A stretch of DNA of 64,000 nt, from NCBI GenBank assembly GCA_029260905.1, contig JAJDCH010000002.1, positions 15,546 to 79,545 of the forward strand, in the 5' to 3' direction. A program made the translations under genes and the position numbers. The stretch is from Candidatus Levyibacteriota bacterium. Lineage in GTDB: Bacteria; Patescibacteriota; Microgenomatia; Levybacterales; UBA12049. A model generated the notes under the pieces. That model made no database searches, had not been told where the DNA came from, and worked only from the letters and a program-made list of their open reading frames with translations. Below are positions 16,996 to 26,446 of the stretch, in pieces; the stretch's first letter is position 1, and the number at the start of each line of letters is the position of its first letter.

Positions 16996-18471
16996 ATGGA
17001 TAACAAAGATAAAAAAAATCAAACAGATTTCCCTCCAGTCGTAGCAGTTCTGGGTCATGTTGACCATGGAAAGACAACGCTTCTAGATGAAATAAGAAAA
17101 ACTTCAATTGCTGATCGTGAGAAGGGCGGTATTACGCAGGCAATAGGTGCATCACAAGTCGAGATAGAACATGATGGTGCAAAGAAAAAAATTACATTCA
17201 TTGACACACCTGGTCATGCAGCATTTACCAAAATGAGGGGAAGGGGTGCTCAAGCTGCTGATATTGGCATACTTGTTGTTTCTCTTGCAGATGGTCTTAA
17301 GCCCCAAACAGAAGAAAGTATAGAAATTATCAAAAAATCAGGCATACCATATATAGTTGCATTGACTAAGTCAGATCTGCCAGATCTTATTCCAGAAAAA
17401 GTAAAAAAACAACTTGCAGATGCAGGAGTTGCACTTGAGGGCTATGGCGGAGATGTACCGTATCTTGAGGTTTCAGCAAAGACCAGCTCCAATATAAAAG
17501 AGCTTTTAGATCTTGTCCTTCTTGTTTTTGATATGCATCACGCTTCAGATTATAAAGAAAAAATTTCCAGCTCTAGTCCGCTTGAGGCAGTTGTGATTGA
17601 GTCCAGGCTTGATATAAGATCAGGTCCGAAAGCAACAGTGGTTGTCAAAAACGGTACATTAAACGTGCGGGAGGCAGTGCAGGTTGATGGTGAGGTTTTC
17701 AAGATCAGATCCCTCATTGATGCTTTTGGAAAACAAGCTCAATCTACAACAGTAGGAGAGGCAGTTGAGATTCTTGGTTTTTCAAAGGCTCCAACAGTTG
17801 GGAGTATAGTTAGTCATGAATCAAAAGCTGATGAAGCAAAAGAAAATGCAAAAGAACCAAAAGCTCCTTTGATGAAAGATTATAGTTACAAAAGACAAAA
17901 AGAACACAAAGGTCTTTCTTTGGTTGTTGTTGCTGATACGCTAGGGAGTCTTGAAGCTATTACTGCAGCTCTTCCCAAGGATGTTAAGCTGATATCCAGC
18001 AAAACAGGTGAGGTTTCTGAGGCAGATGTTATGCTTGCTAAATCAACAGGAAGTATTCTTATTAGTTTTAATATCAAGCTTAAACCCAATATTCAAAAGC
18101 TTGCGATGGATGAGAAGATTTTGGCAAGGAACTATGAAATAATTTATGAACTTCTTGACGAAGTACATGATGCTCAGGAGGGAAAACTTCTTTCTCAAAT
18201 GGAAAAAATTTATGGTCAGGCAAAAATTTTGGCTAAGTTTCCATTTGATAAATCATTTGCTTTTGGTGTGGCAGTTACAGAGGGGAGACTTGCAAAAGGA
18301 GATAGAATCCGTTTTATGCGAGGTGAAGAGGTTGTAGGAGAAACAACAATCGCATCGCTGAGGGTTGGAAAAGATCAAGTTTCCAAGGTAGAATCTGGAA
18401 AAGAAGCAGGATTCGTGCCTGCAACACCTCTTGACATAATGGTTGGAGATATGATACTATCCCATAGTTAA
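16996..18471 (+). CDS. infB: Translation initiation factor IF-2 (short form without the N-terminal domains)
   Basis: G domain with AVLGHVDHGKTTLLD and DTPGH, followed by the IF2 C-terminal domains. The gene follows nusA. Confidence 0.9.
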   Translation: MDNKDKKNQTDFPPVVAVLGHVDHGKTTLLDEIRKTSIADREKGGITQAIGASQVEIEHDGAKKKITFIDTPGHAAFTKMRGRGAQAADIGILVVSLADGLKPQTEESIEIIKKSGIPYIVALTKSDLPDLIPEKVKKQLADAGVALEGYGGDVPYLEVSAKTSSNIKELLDLVLLVFDMHHASDYKEKISSSSPLEAVVIESRLDIRSGPKATVVVKNGTLNVREAVQVDGEVFKIRSLIDAFGKQAQSTTVGEAVEILGFSKAPTVGSIVSHESKADEAKENAKEPKAPLMKDYSYKRQKEHKGLSLVVVADTLGSLEAITAALPKDVKLISSKTGEVSEADVMLAKSTGSILISFNIKLKPNIQKLAMDEKILARNYEIIYELLDEVHDAQEGKLLSQMEKIYGQAKILAKFPFDKSFAFGVAVTEGRLAKGDRIRFMRGEEVVGETTIASLRVGKDQVSKVESGKEAGFVPATPLDIMVGDMILSHS

Positions 18472-18473
18472 CT

Positions 18474-19568
18474 ATGGACAACAACATTATTCAGCAAATT
18501 AAAGAAATTGTTACAGGTGCAGGTAGCATCGGAATCACGGTTGGAAAAAATCCGACTGTGGACGACATGGCTGCTGCGCTTGGTCTTTATATAGCGCTTC
18601 AAAATGCCAATAAAAAAGTATTGGTTGCATCACCTACCGACCCTATAGTCGAGTTTTCTTCACTTGTCGGAGTCAACAAGATCACAAAGACCTTAAGCGG
18701 TACTGGTGGCGGATCTGGTGATTTGACTGTTTCTTTTCCATATGTTGAAGGAGAAATTGAAAAAGTTTCATATACGACAGAGGAGGGATATTTAAATATA
18801 ATCGTTAAGGCATCACAACAAGGACTTTCATTCAGTGAGCAGGATGTGAGATTTCAAAGAGGTGGAGGAGAAAAGCTTGATGCTGTATTTGTGATCGGTG
18901 CTGCCTATCTGTCGGAGGTAGAAAGCGTTTTTGATACTCAGGATCTTGATATTAAAATTATTAATGTTGACAAAAGAGCTACAAATGAGGGATATGGTGA
19001 TATCGTTGATGTCATCCTACAGCTTTCATCAGTAAGCGAAGAGGTCGCAAGACTTGTTCTTTCAATGGGTATTCAGATGGATCAGGATGCAGCACAAAAT
19101 TTCATGACTGGAATTTCAGATGCGACCAAGAATTTTCAGAGTCCGCAGACATCATCTCTTGCTTTTGAGGTGGCAGGAAATCTGATGAAAAAAGGAGCAG
19201 TTAGAGCTCGTGAGACTATTGAGGGTACAGATCTTCAAAGAGCCAGACAAGACCTCTCAGATTTGACAAAAAAACAAGTCGGAGTAATGCAGGACAGTCC
19301 TGTTCAGGAGCCATCAGTTACAACACAGCCTCAAGTAAGACCACAGCCTTTGCAGAGTTCTCAACCTCAGGCAAGACTTCAGCAACAGGCAGCACCAACT
19401 GGTCAGGATTTGCCAAGAACCGCTCCTGTCAGACAGCCTCAAACACGACAACCACAACCAGCAAGAACTCAGCCAACGAAAGATCAGGGATTTGCAAATG
19501 ACGATCAAGATGCGCCAGATGACTGGCTGACTCCAAAAGTCTACAAAGGCTCAACTGATGTAAACTAA
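18474..19568 (+). CDS. Possible DHH-family (NrnA-like) homolog with no DHH catalytic motif. It has a Q/P-rich C-terminal tail.
   Basis: Lies in the position after infB. Weak N-terminal resemblance to NrnA (GKNPTVDDMAAALGL). No DHH or GGGH motifs were seen. Confidence 0.3.
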   Translation: MDNNIIQQIKEIVTGAGSIGITVGKNPTVDDMAAALGLYIALQNANKKVLVASPTDPIVEFSSLVGVNKITKTLSGTGGGSGDLTVSFPYVEGEIEKVSYTTEEGYLNIIVKASQQGLSFSEQDVRFQRGGGEKLDAVFVIGAAYLSEVESVFDTQDLDIKIINVDKRATNEGYGDIVDVILQLSSVSEEVARLVLSMGIQMDQDAAQNFMTGISDATKNFQSPQTSSLAFEVAGNLMKKGAVRARETIEGTDLQRARQDLSDLTKKQVGVMQDSPVQEPSVTTQPQVRPQPLQSSQPQARLQQQAAPTGQDLPRTAPVRQPQTRQPQPARTQPTKDQGFANDDQDAPDDWLTPKVYKGSTDVN

Positions 19569-19570
19569 AT

Positions 19571-20143
19571 ATGACAATAAAAGAAGCTGAAAATTTAAAA
19601 CAATTTAGCACCGAAGGATATATTGCTGATTCTCAACAAAGAATCAGTTATCTGACAGTACTCTTGGGAAACAATGGTGTTGATACGCAAGAAAGTGAGA
19701 GAAAAAAAGGAATCATTGCAAACACTACAAGAAAGCCTGGTCTGGTCGGAGAATTTTTTACAAACTTTGGTTATTCTCCTGCAACAGGGCTTGGTCAGTT
19801 GGTTCAGTTATTGGATTTTAAAAGAGAAGTAGCAAGCGAAGCGGGTAGAAGAGCTGGAAATTTAAATTTCTTGGAAGATAAAATTGCAAGGCAAGGATTA
19901 GACGAGGTTTTTGAGTTGCAAAATGATATAGGAAAAATTATTGAGGAAATTGGTAAAGAGGTGTTTGGAGAAGAAAAAGCAGGATCAGAGATCAGGGGAT
20001 TGGAATCTATCTTTTTTGCGCATCTTGATACTGATACTTATAATTCTTCTCAAAAGATTGAAGGGAGAAAAAAAGATAGAGACAGCCAGCTTAATAATCT
20101 TGTTGGTAGAATAAGGGATGAATATCCTCTTACAAGTAGATAA
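19571..20143 (+). CDS. Hypothetical protein (190 aa)
   Basis: ORF between infB and rpsO. No recognisable motifs. Confidence 0.5.
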   Translation: MTIKEAENLKQFSTEGYIADSQQRISYLTVLLGNNGVDTQESERKKGIIANTTRKPGLVGEFFTNFGYSPATGLGQLVQLLDFKREVASEAGRRAGNLNFLEDKIARQGLDEVFELQNDIGKIIEEIGKEVFGEEKAGSEIRGLESIFFAHLDTDTYNSSQKIEGRKKDRDSQLNNLVGRIRDEYPLTSR

Positions 20144-20151
20144 TCTCACTC

Positions 20152-20180
20152 TTGTTATAAAAATCCAAACCTGCTATAAT
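20152..20180 (+). promoter_or_regulatory. Sigma70-type promoter TTGTTA-N17-TATAAT upstream of rpsO
   Basis: Hexamers at 20152-20157 and 20175-20180, separated by a 17-nt spacer. Confidence 0.5.
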
Positions 20181-20213
20181 ACATGAAGATTTAAGAAAGA
20201 TAAGAAGTAAGTT

Positions 20214-20483
20214 ATGCCGCTAAGTACTACGCAGAAACAAGAAGTAATCAAAGAATACCAGACAGCAAAGGGTGACACCGGTTCGCCAGAGGTGCAGATT
20301 GCGCTCCTAACAACCAGAATCACAAAGCTTTCTGAGCATCTTAAAGAACATGCTCATGATGTTCATTCCAGACGCGGACTTCTCTCAATGATTGCAAAAA
20401 GACGAAGACTTATTAATTTTTTGAAAAAAGTTGATGATGAGAGAGTAAAAGAAATTGTAAAGAAAGTAGGAATTAAGGCTTAG
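20214..20483 (+). CDS. rpsO: 30S ribosomal protein S15
   Basis: 89 aa, with the typical S15 helical sequence. The gene precedes pnp. Confidence 0.9.
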   Translation: MPLSTTQKQEVIKEYQTAKGDTGSPEVQIALLTTRITKLSEHLKEHAHDVHSRRGLLSMIAKRRRLINFLKKVDDERVKEIVKKVGIKA

Positions 20484-20570
20484 TTAGTATTTATACCTCA
20501 TTAGGAAATTGTTTCACGATCTGGTATAGTTAAATAGTTAGCTTCGAATTAGAAAGAAATTATTATATAA

Positions 20571-22946
20571 ATGAATAAAACTTCAGTAAGTATAGATTTT
20601 GCAGGTAAGACAATGCTCCTTGAAACAGGCGAATTGGCTCCTCAAGCAACAGCATCAATTTTGGCTCGCCTTGGCGATACGGTTGTGCTAGCAACAGTTG
20701 TTGTGGGCAATTTGAGGCCTGAAATTGATTATTTCCCGCTTAGCGTTGATTATGTTGAGAGACTTTATGCAGGTGGTAAAATCAAAGGAAGCCGTTGGGT
20801 AAAAAGAGAAGGTAGGCCATCAGATGAGGCAATTCTCGCAGGACGTGTGATTGATCGTTCGATCAGACCGCTTTTTCCAAAAGAGTTCAAGCAAGAAGTT
20901 CAGGTAATTGTAACCGTTCTTTCAGTTGATGCTGAAAATGAGCCAGATATATTGGCTCTAAATGCTGTTTCAGCTGCTCTTGCTATTTCAAAAGCTCCAT
21001 GGAATGGACCTATTGCAGGAGTCAGAATGGGTTATGTTGAAGAAAATGGAGATCAGGCAGCGCTTCTAGCAAATCCTACAACCAGCCAAGCAGAGCATTC
21101 AGTTTTGGATATTATAGTTTCACAAAGCAAGGAAAAGACTGTGATGATTGAGGCTGGTGCAATGCAAGTAACAGAAGATGTTGTTTATCAAGCAGTAGAA
21201 GCAGCACACATCGAAACAAGCAAGGTGCTTGATGGAATTGCAGAACTTGTTAAAAAAGTCGGACAGGAAAAACTCCCAGTCCCACAGGATCCACTTCTTG
21301 CAGAGGCTGTAGCGATATTTGAAAAATCATATACAGATGAGGTCAAAAAGCTAATTGAGATAAGAGTAGGTAAAGAAGGCGGAGGAAATGAGGCAGGAGA
21401 ATTAATTGAAAAGATTTATGAAGAGCTGAAGATGAAAGATCCAGAAACAGAGATGGATAAAAAGATTCTTTCAAAAGCTCTTGAAAAGGTGATGTTTAAG
21501 ATCATAAGAAGTGAAACCGTCAGTAAGAAAAAAAGAGCTGATGGTAGAGCGCTTGATGAAATTCGTGAGATAACTGGTGTGACAGGAATTCTTCCAAGAA
21601 CACATGGTTCAGCACTTTTTAACCGTGGTATAACCCAGGCTTTAAGCGTCGCAACTCTTGGTTCCCCTCGTCTTGAACAGTTGATCGAATCAGCTGAGGG
21701 CGAAGAGACAAAGAGATATATTCATCATTACTCAGGCATGCCATATTCTTTTGGTCAGGCTGGGCGTATGGGATTCACATCACGCCGTGAAATTGGACAT
21801 GGTGCTCTAGCTGAGCGTGCATTGATGGCTGTTATACCATCCCAAGAAGTATTTCCATATACCATTAGGGTTGTTTCTGAGGTTCTATCTCAAAATGGTT
21901 CCTCATCAATGGCTAGTACTTGTGGTTCAACACTTGCTCTTATGGATGCAGGTGTGCCAATCACAGCACCCGTTGCTGGTATTTCAGTTGGCATGATGTC
22001 AGATGATAAAGATTATGTTTTGATGACAGATATCATTGGCCTTGAGGATTTTTCAGGTGATATGGATTTCAAGGTAGCTGGAACTTCAAAAGGTATTACA
22101 GCAATACAGCTTGACGTGAAGATTCCAGGTCTTACTCTTAAGCAAGTTAAAGAAATTCTAGCTCAAGCAAAAGGCGCAAGGGCTCTGATTCTTGAAAAGA
22201 TGGAGAAGATTATTCCATCTTCAAAAAAAGCTGTTTCAGAATATGCTCCAAAGATTGAACAAATCAAGATACCTGTGGATAAGATTGGGGAGATTATTGG
22301 ACCGTCAGGTAAGAATATCAAGGCTATTATCGCTCAGACAGGAGCTGAGGTAAATGTAGATGATGATGGAACTGTAAGTATTTCAGCTGTTTCTCAGGAG
22401 TCAGTTCAGGCAGCTGTTGACTGGATTGGTGGAATGACAAGAGAGGTTGCAGTTGGGGAAGAATTTGAGGGAGAAGTGAAAAGAATATTGCCATTTGGAG
22501 CATTTGTTGAGTATCTTCCGGGGCGAGAGGGAATGGTTCATGTAAGTAAGATGAAAAGAGGCTTTGTCAAAGATCCATCAGAAGTTGTTGCAATTGGAGA
22601 TAAGGTTAGGATTAAGATTGAAGAGCGTGACCAGCAGGGAAGAATTAATTTAACAATGCTTCTTGATGGAGACGAACCATCAAGTGGTGGAGATAATGAA
22701 GATAAACAGCCTGATTCAAATCAGCCAGAGCCTGGAAATGAAAGATCTTTTAATTCTCGTTTGCCACGAGATTTTAACAGACGTGATTCTTCCCCCCAAA
22801 GAGCAAATAATTTTGACAGACCCGATAGATCAGAACACCCTCTTTCCAAGCAATTAAGACGAGAAAGTACAGAATCTCGCGGAGGATCAAGAGGCAGTAA
22901 ATTTGGTCCACGTAAATTTGGCCCCAAAAAACCCTTCAGTAGATAA
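20571..22946 (+). CDS. pnp: Polyribonucleotide nucleotidyltransferase (PNPase) with an R/G/S-rich C-terminal tail
   Basis: Two RNase PH domains, a KH domain and an S1 domain. The 90-aa C-terminal tail is low-complexity. Confidence 0.95.
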   Translation: MNKTSVSIDFAGKTMLLETGELAPQATASILARLGDTVVLATVVVGNLRPEIDYFPLSVDYVERLYAGGKIKGSRWVKREGRPSDEAILAGRVIDRSIRPLFPKEFKQEVQVIVTVLSVDAENEPDILALNAVSAALAISKAPWNGPIAGVRMGYVEENGDQAALLANPTTSQAEHSVLDIIVSQSKEKTVMIEAGAMQVTEDVVYQAVEAAHIETSKVLDGIAELVKKVGQEKLPVPQDPLLAEAVAIFEKSYTDEVKKLIEIRVGKEGGGNEAGELIEKIYEELKMKDPETEMDKKILSKALEKVMFKIIRSETVSKKKRADGRALDEIREITGVTGILPRTHGSALFNRGITQALSVATLGSPRLEQLIESAEGEETKRYIHHYSGMPYSFGQAGRMGFTSRREIGHGALAERALMAVIPSQEVFPYTIRVVSEVLSQNGSSSMASTCGSTLALMDAGVPITAPVAGISVGMMSDDKDYVLMTDIIGLEDFSGDMDFKVAGTSKGITAIQLDVKIPGLTLKQVKEILAQAKGARALILEKMEKIIPSSKKAVSEYAPKIEQIKIPVDKIGEIIGPSGKNIKAIIAQTGAEVNVDDDGTVSISAVSQESVQAAVDWIGGMTREVAVGEEFEGEVKRILPFGAFVEYLPGREGMVHVSKMKRGFVKDPSEVVAIGDKVRIKIEERDQQGRINLTMLLDGDEPSSGGDNEDKQPDSNQPEPGNERSFNSRLPRDFNRRDSSPQRANNFDRPDRSEHPLSKQLRRESTESRGGSRGSKFGPRKFGPKKPFSR

Positions 22947-23134
22947 GTAAGAACATGCAGATATTTTAAATAGACTGCATCTCTCGCGCAGGAGACCGAC
23001 TATTCGATTTTAGTGAATCTTTAGCGACTAAAGTTTTGAATTGAAAGTTACTGTAGGATTATTCAACATTCAGGCTCAAGAATATAAATAGATTTTGTTT
23101 AAATTGGAGTAAATTCTCGAATCTATTTATGTCC

Positions 23135-23150
23135 AGTATACCTGTATACT
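23135..23150. promoter_or_regulatory. 16-bp perfect palindrome AGTATAC-CT-GTATACT in the upstream region of the Lon-like gene (candidate operator)
   Basis: Read directly from the sequence. It lies about 120 bp upstream of the ATG at 23272, inside a 325-bp intergenic region. Confidence 0.3.
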
Positions 23151-23271
23151 AGTCATAATATCAATAGTTGGCTTTTTGTACTAGTTTTAGTTTTGATTTA
23201 TTGTTTAGTTTTTAAATATTAGCTTTTAAATAATTCTTTCCAATAGGTCTTTAATGTTGTAAGATAGATCT

Positions 23272-24606
23272 ATGGATCCAACTGCCCAAAATCCACAAAA
23301 TCCTGCAGGCGCGACCACAGCTCAAACACCGCAACAGCCAACACCTGAGGAGCAGGCTGCTGCAGGGAGGGGAGATGCAGCACCTATTCAAAATAGCACT
23401 GTTCAGGCGCAAAACTCATCTGAGGCTGAGGCTTTGAGTAAGGTTGCATCTGTTAATTCTGCACAAATGATAAATAACGATAAGACTCAATTTGAGGCCA
23501 ATCAGGCGCAAAATAGCACGAACACACCAGTAACTGATCATGGAAGATCTTCTGATCAGATCCGCGTGCTTGGTGAAAAAATTGAAAAAGCAGCAATTCC
23601 TGAGGATTTCAAAAAAGAACTGCTTGATCGTATTTCACGGCTTGCAATGATAAGATCAAGCGCCGGTTTTCTTAGCTCAACCTACATAATGGAGTATGAA
23701 TCAACCAATAGATTTGTTAATTGGGTTCTTAGTCTTCCGTGGGGCAAGAAAAGTGAGGACGTGCTTGATCTCAACCGCGCCAAGGAGTGGATGGATAAAA
23801 ATCACTATGGACTTGAGCCGCTTAAACAAAGAGTGCTGGAGTATATAGCATCACTAATGTTAAATATCAAGAATTATGGTCAGACAGAAAATGTAATAAA
23901 GGCGCCAATTCTTTGCATAGTAGGTCTTGCCGGAACTGGTAAAACGACTTTTGCAAGATCTCTTGCTGGAGCCTTAGGTAGAGAGTTTGAGCGTATTCCA
24001 TTTGGAGGTATGGCTGATTCGCGCGTATTGAGAGGTCAGTCGCGTTATTTTCCTGATGCAGAACCTGGACAAGTTATGAAGAGACTTGCAAAGGCGGGTA
24101 CTAATAATCCTGTTATTCTTCTTGATGAGTTGGATCGTGTAACTGATACAGCAAGAGCTGATATCATGGGTGTTCTTATTGAGATACTTGATCCGGAACA
24201 AAACGCCAGATTTACTGATCATTACATAGACTATCCATTTAGCTTGCAAAACGTTTTATTTGTCGCAACAGCAAATAATGTCAGCAGTGTTTCAACTGCC
24301 GTTCTTGACCGTTTAGAAATAATACAAATGCCATCATACAATGATGAAGAAAAAACAGTTATCGGACGGGATTTTGTGTTGCCAAAGACAATGCAAACAA
24401 CTGGTCTTAAGCCTGAGCAGATGACTATTGATCCTGCTGTTTGGGAAGGGTTGGTGCGTCCTCTTGGTTATGATCCTGGTGTCCGTGGACTTGAGCGGGT
24501 CATAACTGGAATGTGTAGAAAAGCTGCGAAAATAATCATATCTGGTCAGGCGCAATCAGTTGTCATAAATAACGAAAATGTGAAACAGTTTTTGCCTGAG
24601 TGGTAA
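23272..24606 (+). CDS. Lon-family AAA+ ATPase module with no LAN N-terminal domain and no S16 protease domain. The N-terminus is Q/N/A-rich low complexity.
   Basis: Strong colinear similarity to the Lon coiled-coil and AAA+ region: LPWGKKSEDVLDLNRAKEWMDKNHYGLEPLKQRVLEYIA, GLAGTGKTT, VILLDELDRV, EILDPEQNARFTDHY, VLDRLEII and DPGVRGLERVITGMCRKAA. The ORF ends where the Lon protease domain would begin. Confidence 0.75.
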   Translation: MDPTAQNPQNPAGATTAQTPQQPTPEEQAAAGRGDAAPIQNSTVQAQNSSEAEALSKVASVNSAQMINNDKTQFEANQAQNSTNTPVTDHGRSSDQIRVLGEKIEKAAIPEDFKKELLDRISRLAMIRSSAGFLSSTYIMEYESTNRFVNWVLSLPWGKKSEDVLDLNRAKEWMDKNHYGLEPLKQRVLEYIASLMLNIKNYGQTENVIKAPILCIVGLAGTGKTTFARSLAGALGREFERIPFGGMADSRVLRGQSRYFPDAEPGQVMKRLAKAGTNNPVILLDELDRVTDTARADIMGVLIEILDPEQNARFTDHYIDYPFSLQNVLFVATANNVSSVSTAVLDRLEIIQMPSYNDEEKTVIGRDFVLPKTMQTTGLKPEQMTIDPAVWEGLVRPLGYDPGVRGLERVITGMCRKAAKIIISGQAQSVVINNENVKQFLPEW

Positions 24607-24703
24607 TTTAGCCATAGCTTAGAGCATATAGCTTGTGGCATATAGAAATCCATAAGCCATACACTCTTTGCTCTAAGTAATAAATAAGCTATACTTATAT
24701 CCA

Positions 24704-26410
24704 ATGGATGAACAAAACACACAACCCTCTCCAATATCCCCTCCTGACTCAGTTTCTTTTATAGCCCTTGGTGGATTGGAAGATGTGACTCGCAATTTGT
24801 ATCTTTATGAATACAAAGATCAGATACTTATAGTTGATTGTGGTATCGGATTTCCGGATGAGACGATGCTTGGGGTTGATCTTTTTCTCCCAGATATTAC
24901 TTATCTTCAAGAGCTTATAAAAAATAAAAATAAAAAAATTGTCGGTATGCTTCTGACGCATGGACATGAAGACCATATCGGCGGAGTGCCATTTATCTTG
25001 CCACAGTTAAATCAGGACTTTCCTATTTATGCATCACCTTTTACAGCGCGTCTTACCAATGAAAAACTTAAGGAATTTCATCTCCCAGAGATTGTGAAAA
25101 CAGTTAAATTTGAGGATGGAGATGTACGGATTGGGGATTTCACAGCCACGTTTATACGTGTTACTCATTCGGTTCCTGATAGCGCTAATTTTTTTATTAG
25201 AACTCCAGTCGGGAATTTTTTTCACGGAAGTGATTTTAAATTTGATCTCACTCCACATGATGGGAAAAGGACTGAATTTAATAAAATAATGAAAGCCTCA
25301 ACTGAAGGGGTTTTGTGTCTGATGACAGACTGTCTTGGGACAGAAAGAGAAGGACACAGCCCATCAGAGGAAGGGCTTGAGAAGAGCTTTGAAAGAGAGA
25401 TGAAGGACTGTACTGGCAAGTTCATTATCACTACTTATTCATCAAATGTAGCGCGTCTCAATCAGGCGATAGAAGCAGCAGAAAAAACAGGAAGAAAAGT
25501 TTGTTTTGTTGGAAGATCAGTTATCAAGGTTGCCCAAATTGCAGAAGAGATGGGTTATCTGAAAATAAAAAAAGGAACAGAGGTTGGGATAAATGATTTG
25601 AAAAATTATAAACCATCACAACTTCTTCTTTTTGTTGCCGGGTCTCAGGGACAGGATAATTCGTCAATGACAAGAATTGCTAACAATGAACACAAGGAGA
25701 TAAAACTTGGTAGAGAAGATCTCGTTGTTTTTTCATCAGATATTATCCCTGGTAATGAGCTGGCAGTAAGCGCTCTCTCAAACACTATTTCAAAAAGAGG
25801 AACAGCAGTTCTTGGTCTTTATAATCGTGGTAATTTTCATGTCTCTGGTCATGGATCACAAGGCGATCATAGACTTATGATGTCTTTGATTAAGCCCAAA
25901 TACATTCTGCCGATAAGTGGCACTTATAAACACATGGTTTTTTATAAAGACTTAGCCAAGAAAATGGGTTATGGCAACAAAGACACTATTCTTATAGAAA
26001 ACGGACAAATTATGCATTTTGGAAAAAATGGGTATCAATATGGAAAAAAGATCGAGACAAAAAATGTTTTTGTTGATCAGGTCTCAGGTGAGGAAGTGGA
26101 GCATTATGTGGTGCGTGATAGGGAAAAATTGGCAAAAGAAGGCGTGGTCATCGTCATGGCTGAGGTCAGGGGAGCGGACGGTCAGCTGGTTGACAGGCCT
26201 GAGATAATTGCTAGGGGCTCATCAGTTGGCGGCTTGAAGGATTTTTCTGGTGATTTGATGAAGGAGATTGTGCGTGATCTTTCTAATAAAAAGGAAAAGG
26301 TAACGAATTGGGCGCATATAAGACATATTATAGGAGATACAGCGCAGAAACAAATTTATCGTAAATTCCGCTCTCGCCCCCTCGTTTTACCTGTTATTAT
26401 AGAGGTCTGA
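24704..26410 (+). CDS. rnj: Ribonuclease J (metallo-beta-lactamase with a beta-CASP domain)
   Basis: HGHEDHIGG motif, beta-CASP region and an RNase J C-terminal domain. Confidence 0.9.
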   Translation: MDEQNTQPSPISPPDSVSFIALGGLEDVTRNLYLYEYKDQILIVDCGIGFPDETMLGVDLFLPDITYLQELIKNKNKKIVGMLLTHGHEDHIGGVPFILPQLNQDFPIYASPFTARLTNEKLKEFHLPEIVKTVKFEDGDVRIGDFTATFIRVTHSVPDSANFFIRTPVGNFFHGSDFKFDLTPHDGKRTEFNKIMKASTEGVLCLMTDCLGTEREGHSPSEEGLEKSFEREMKDCTGKFIITTYSSNVARLNQAIEAAEKTGRKVCFVGRSVIKVAQIAEEMGYLKIKKGTEVGINDLKNYKPSQLLLFVAGSQGQDNSSMTRIANNEHKEIKLGREDLVVFSSDIIPGNELAVSALSNTISKRGTAVLGLYNRGNFHVSGHGSQGDHRLMMSLIKPKYILPISGTYKHMVFYKDLAKKMGYGNKDTILIENGQIMHFGKNGYQYGKKIETKNVFVDQVSGEEVEHYVVRDREKLAKEGVVIVMAEVRGADGQLVDRPEIIARGSSVGGLKDFSGDLMKEIVRDLSNKKEKVTNWAHIRHIIGDTAQKQIYRKFRSRPLVLPVIIEV

Positions 26411-26446
26411 CTTGACAACTATAGGATTTTCTGTTATAATCCCCGC

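Noticed and set aside
22947-23000. Rho-independent terminator after pnp
   Set aside because: Only weak stems (ATGCAG...CTGCAT with a 14-nt loop, and a 4-bp CTGC/GCAG stem) and no clean T-run. Not convincing enough to annotate.
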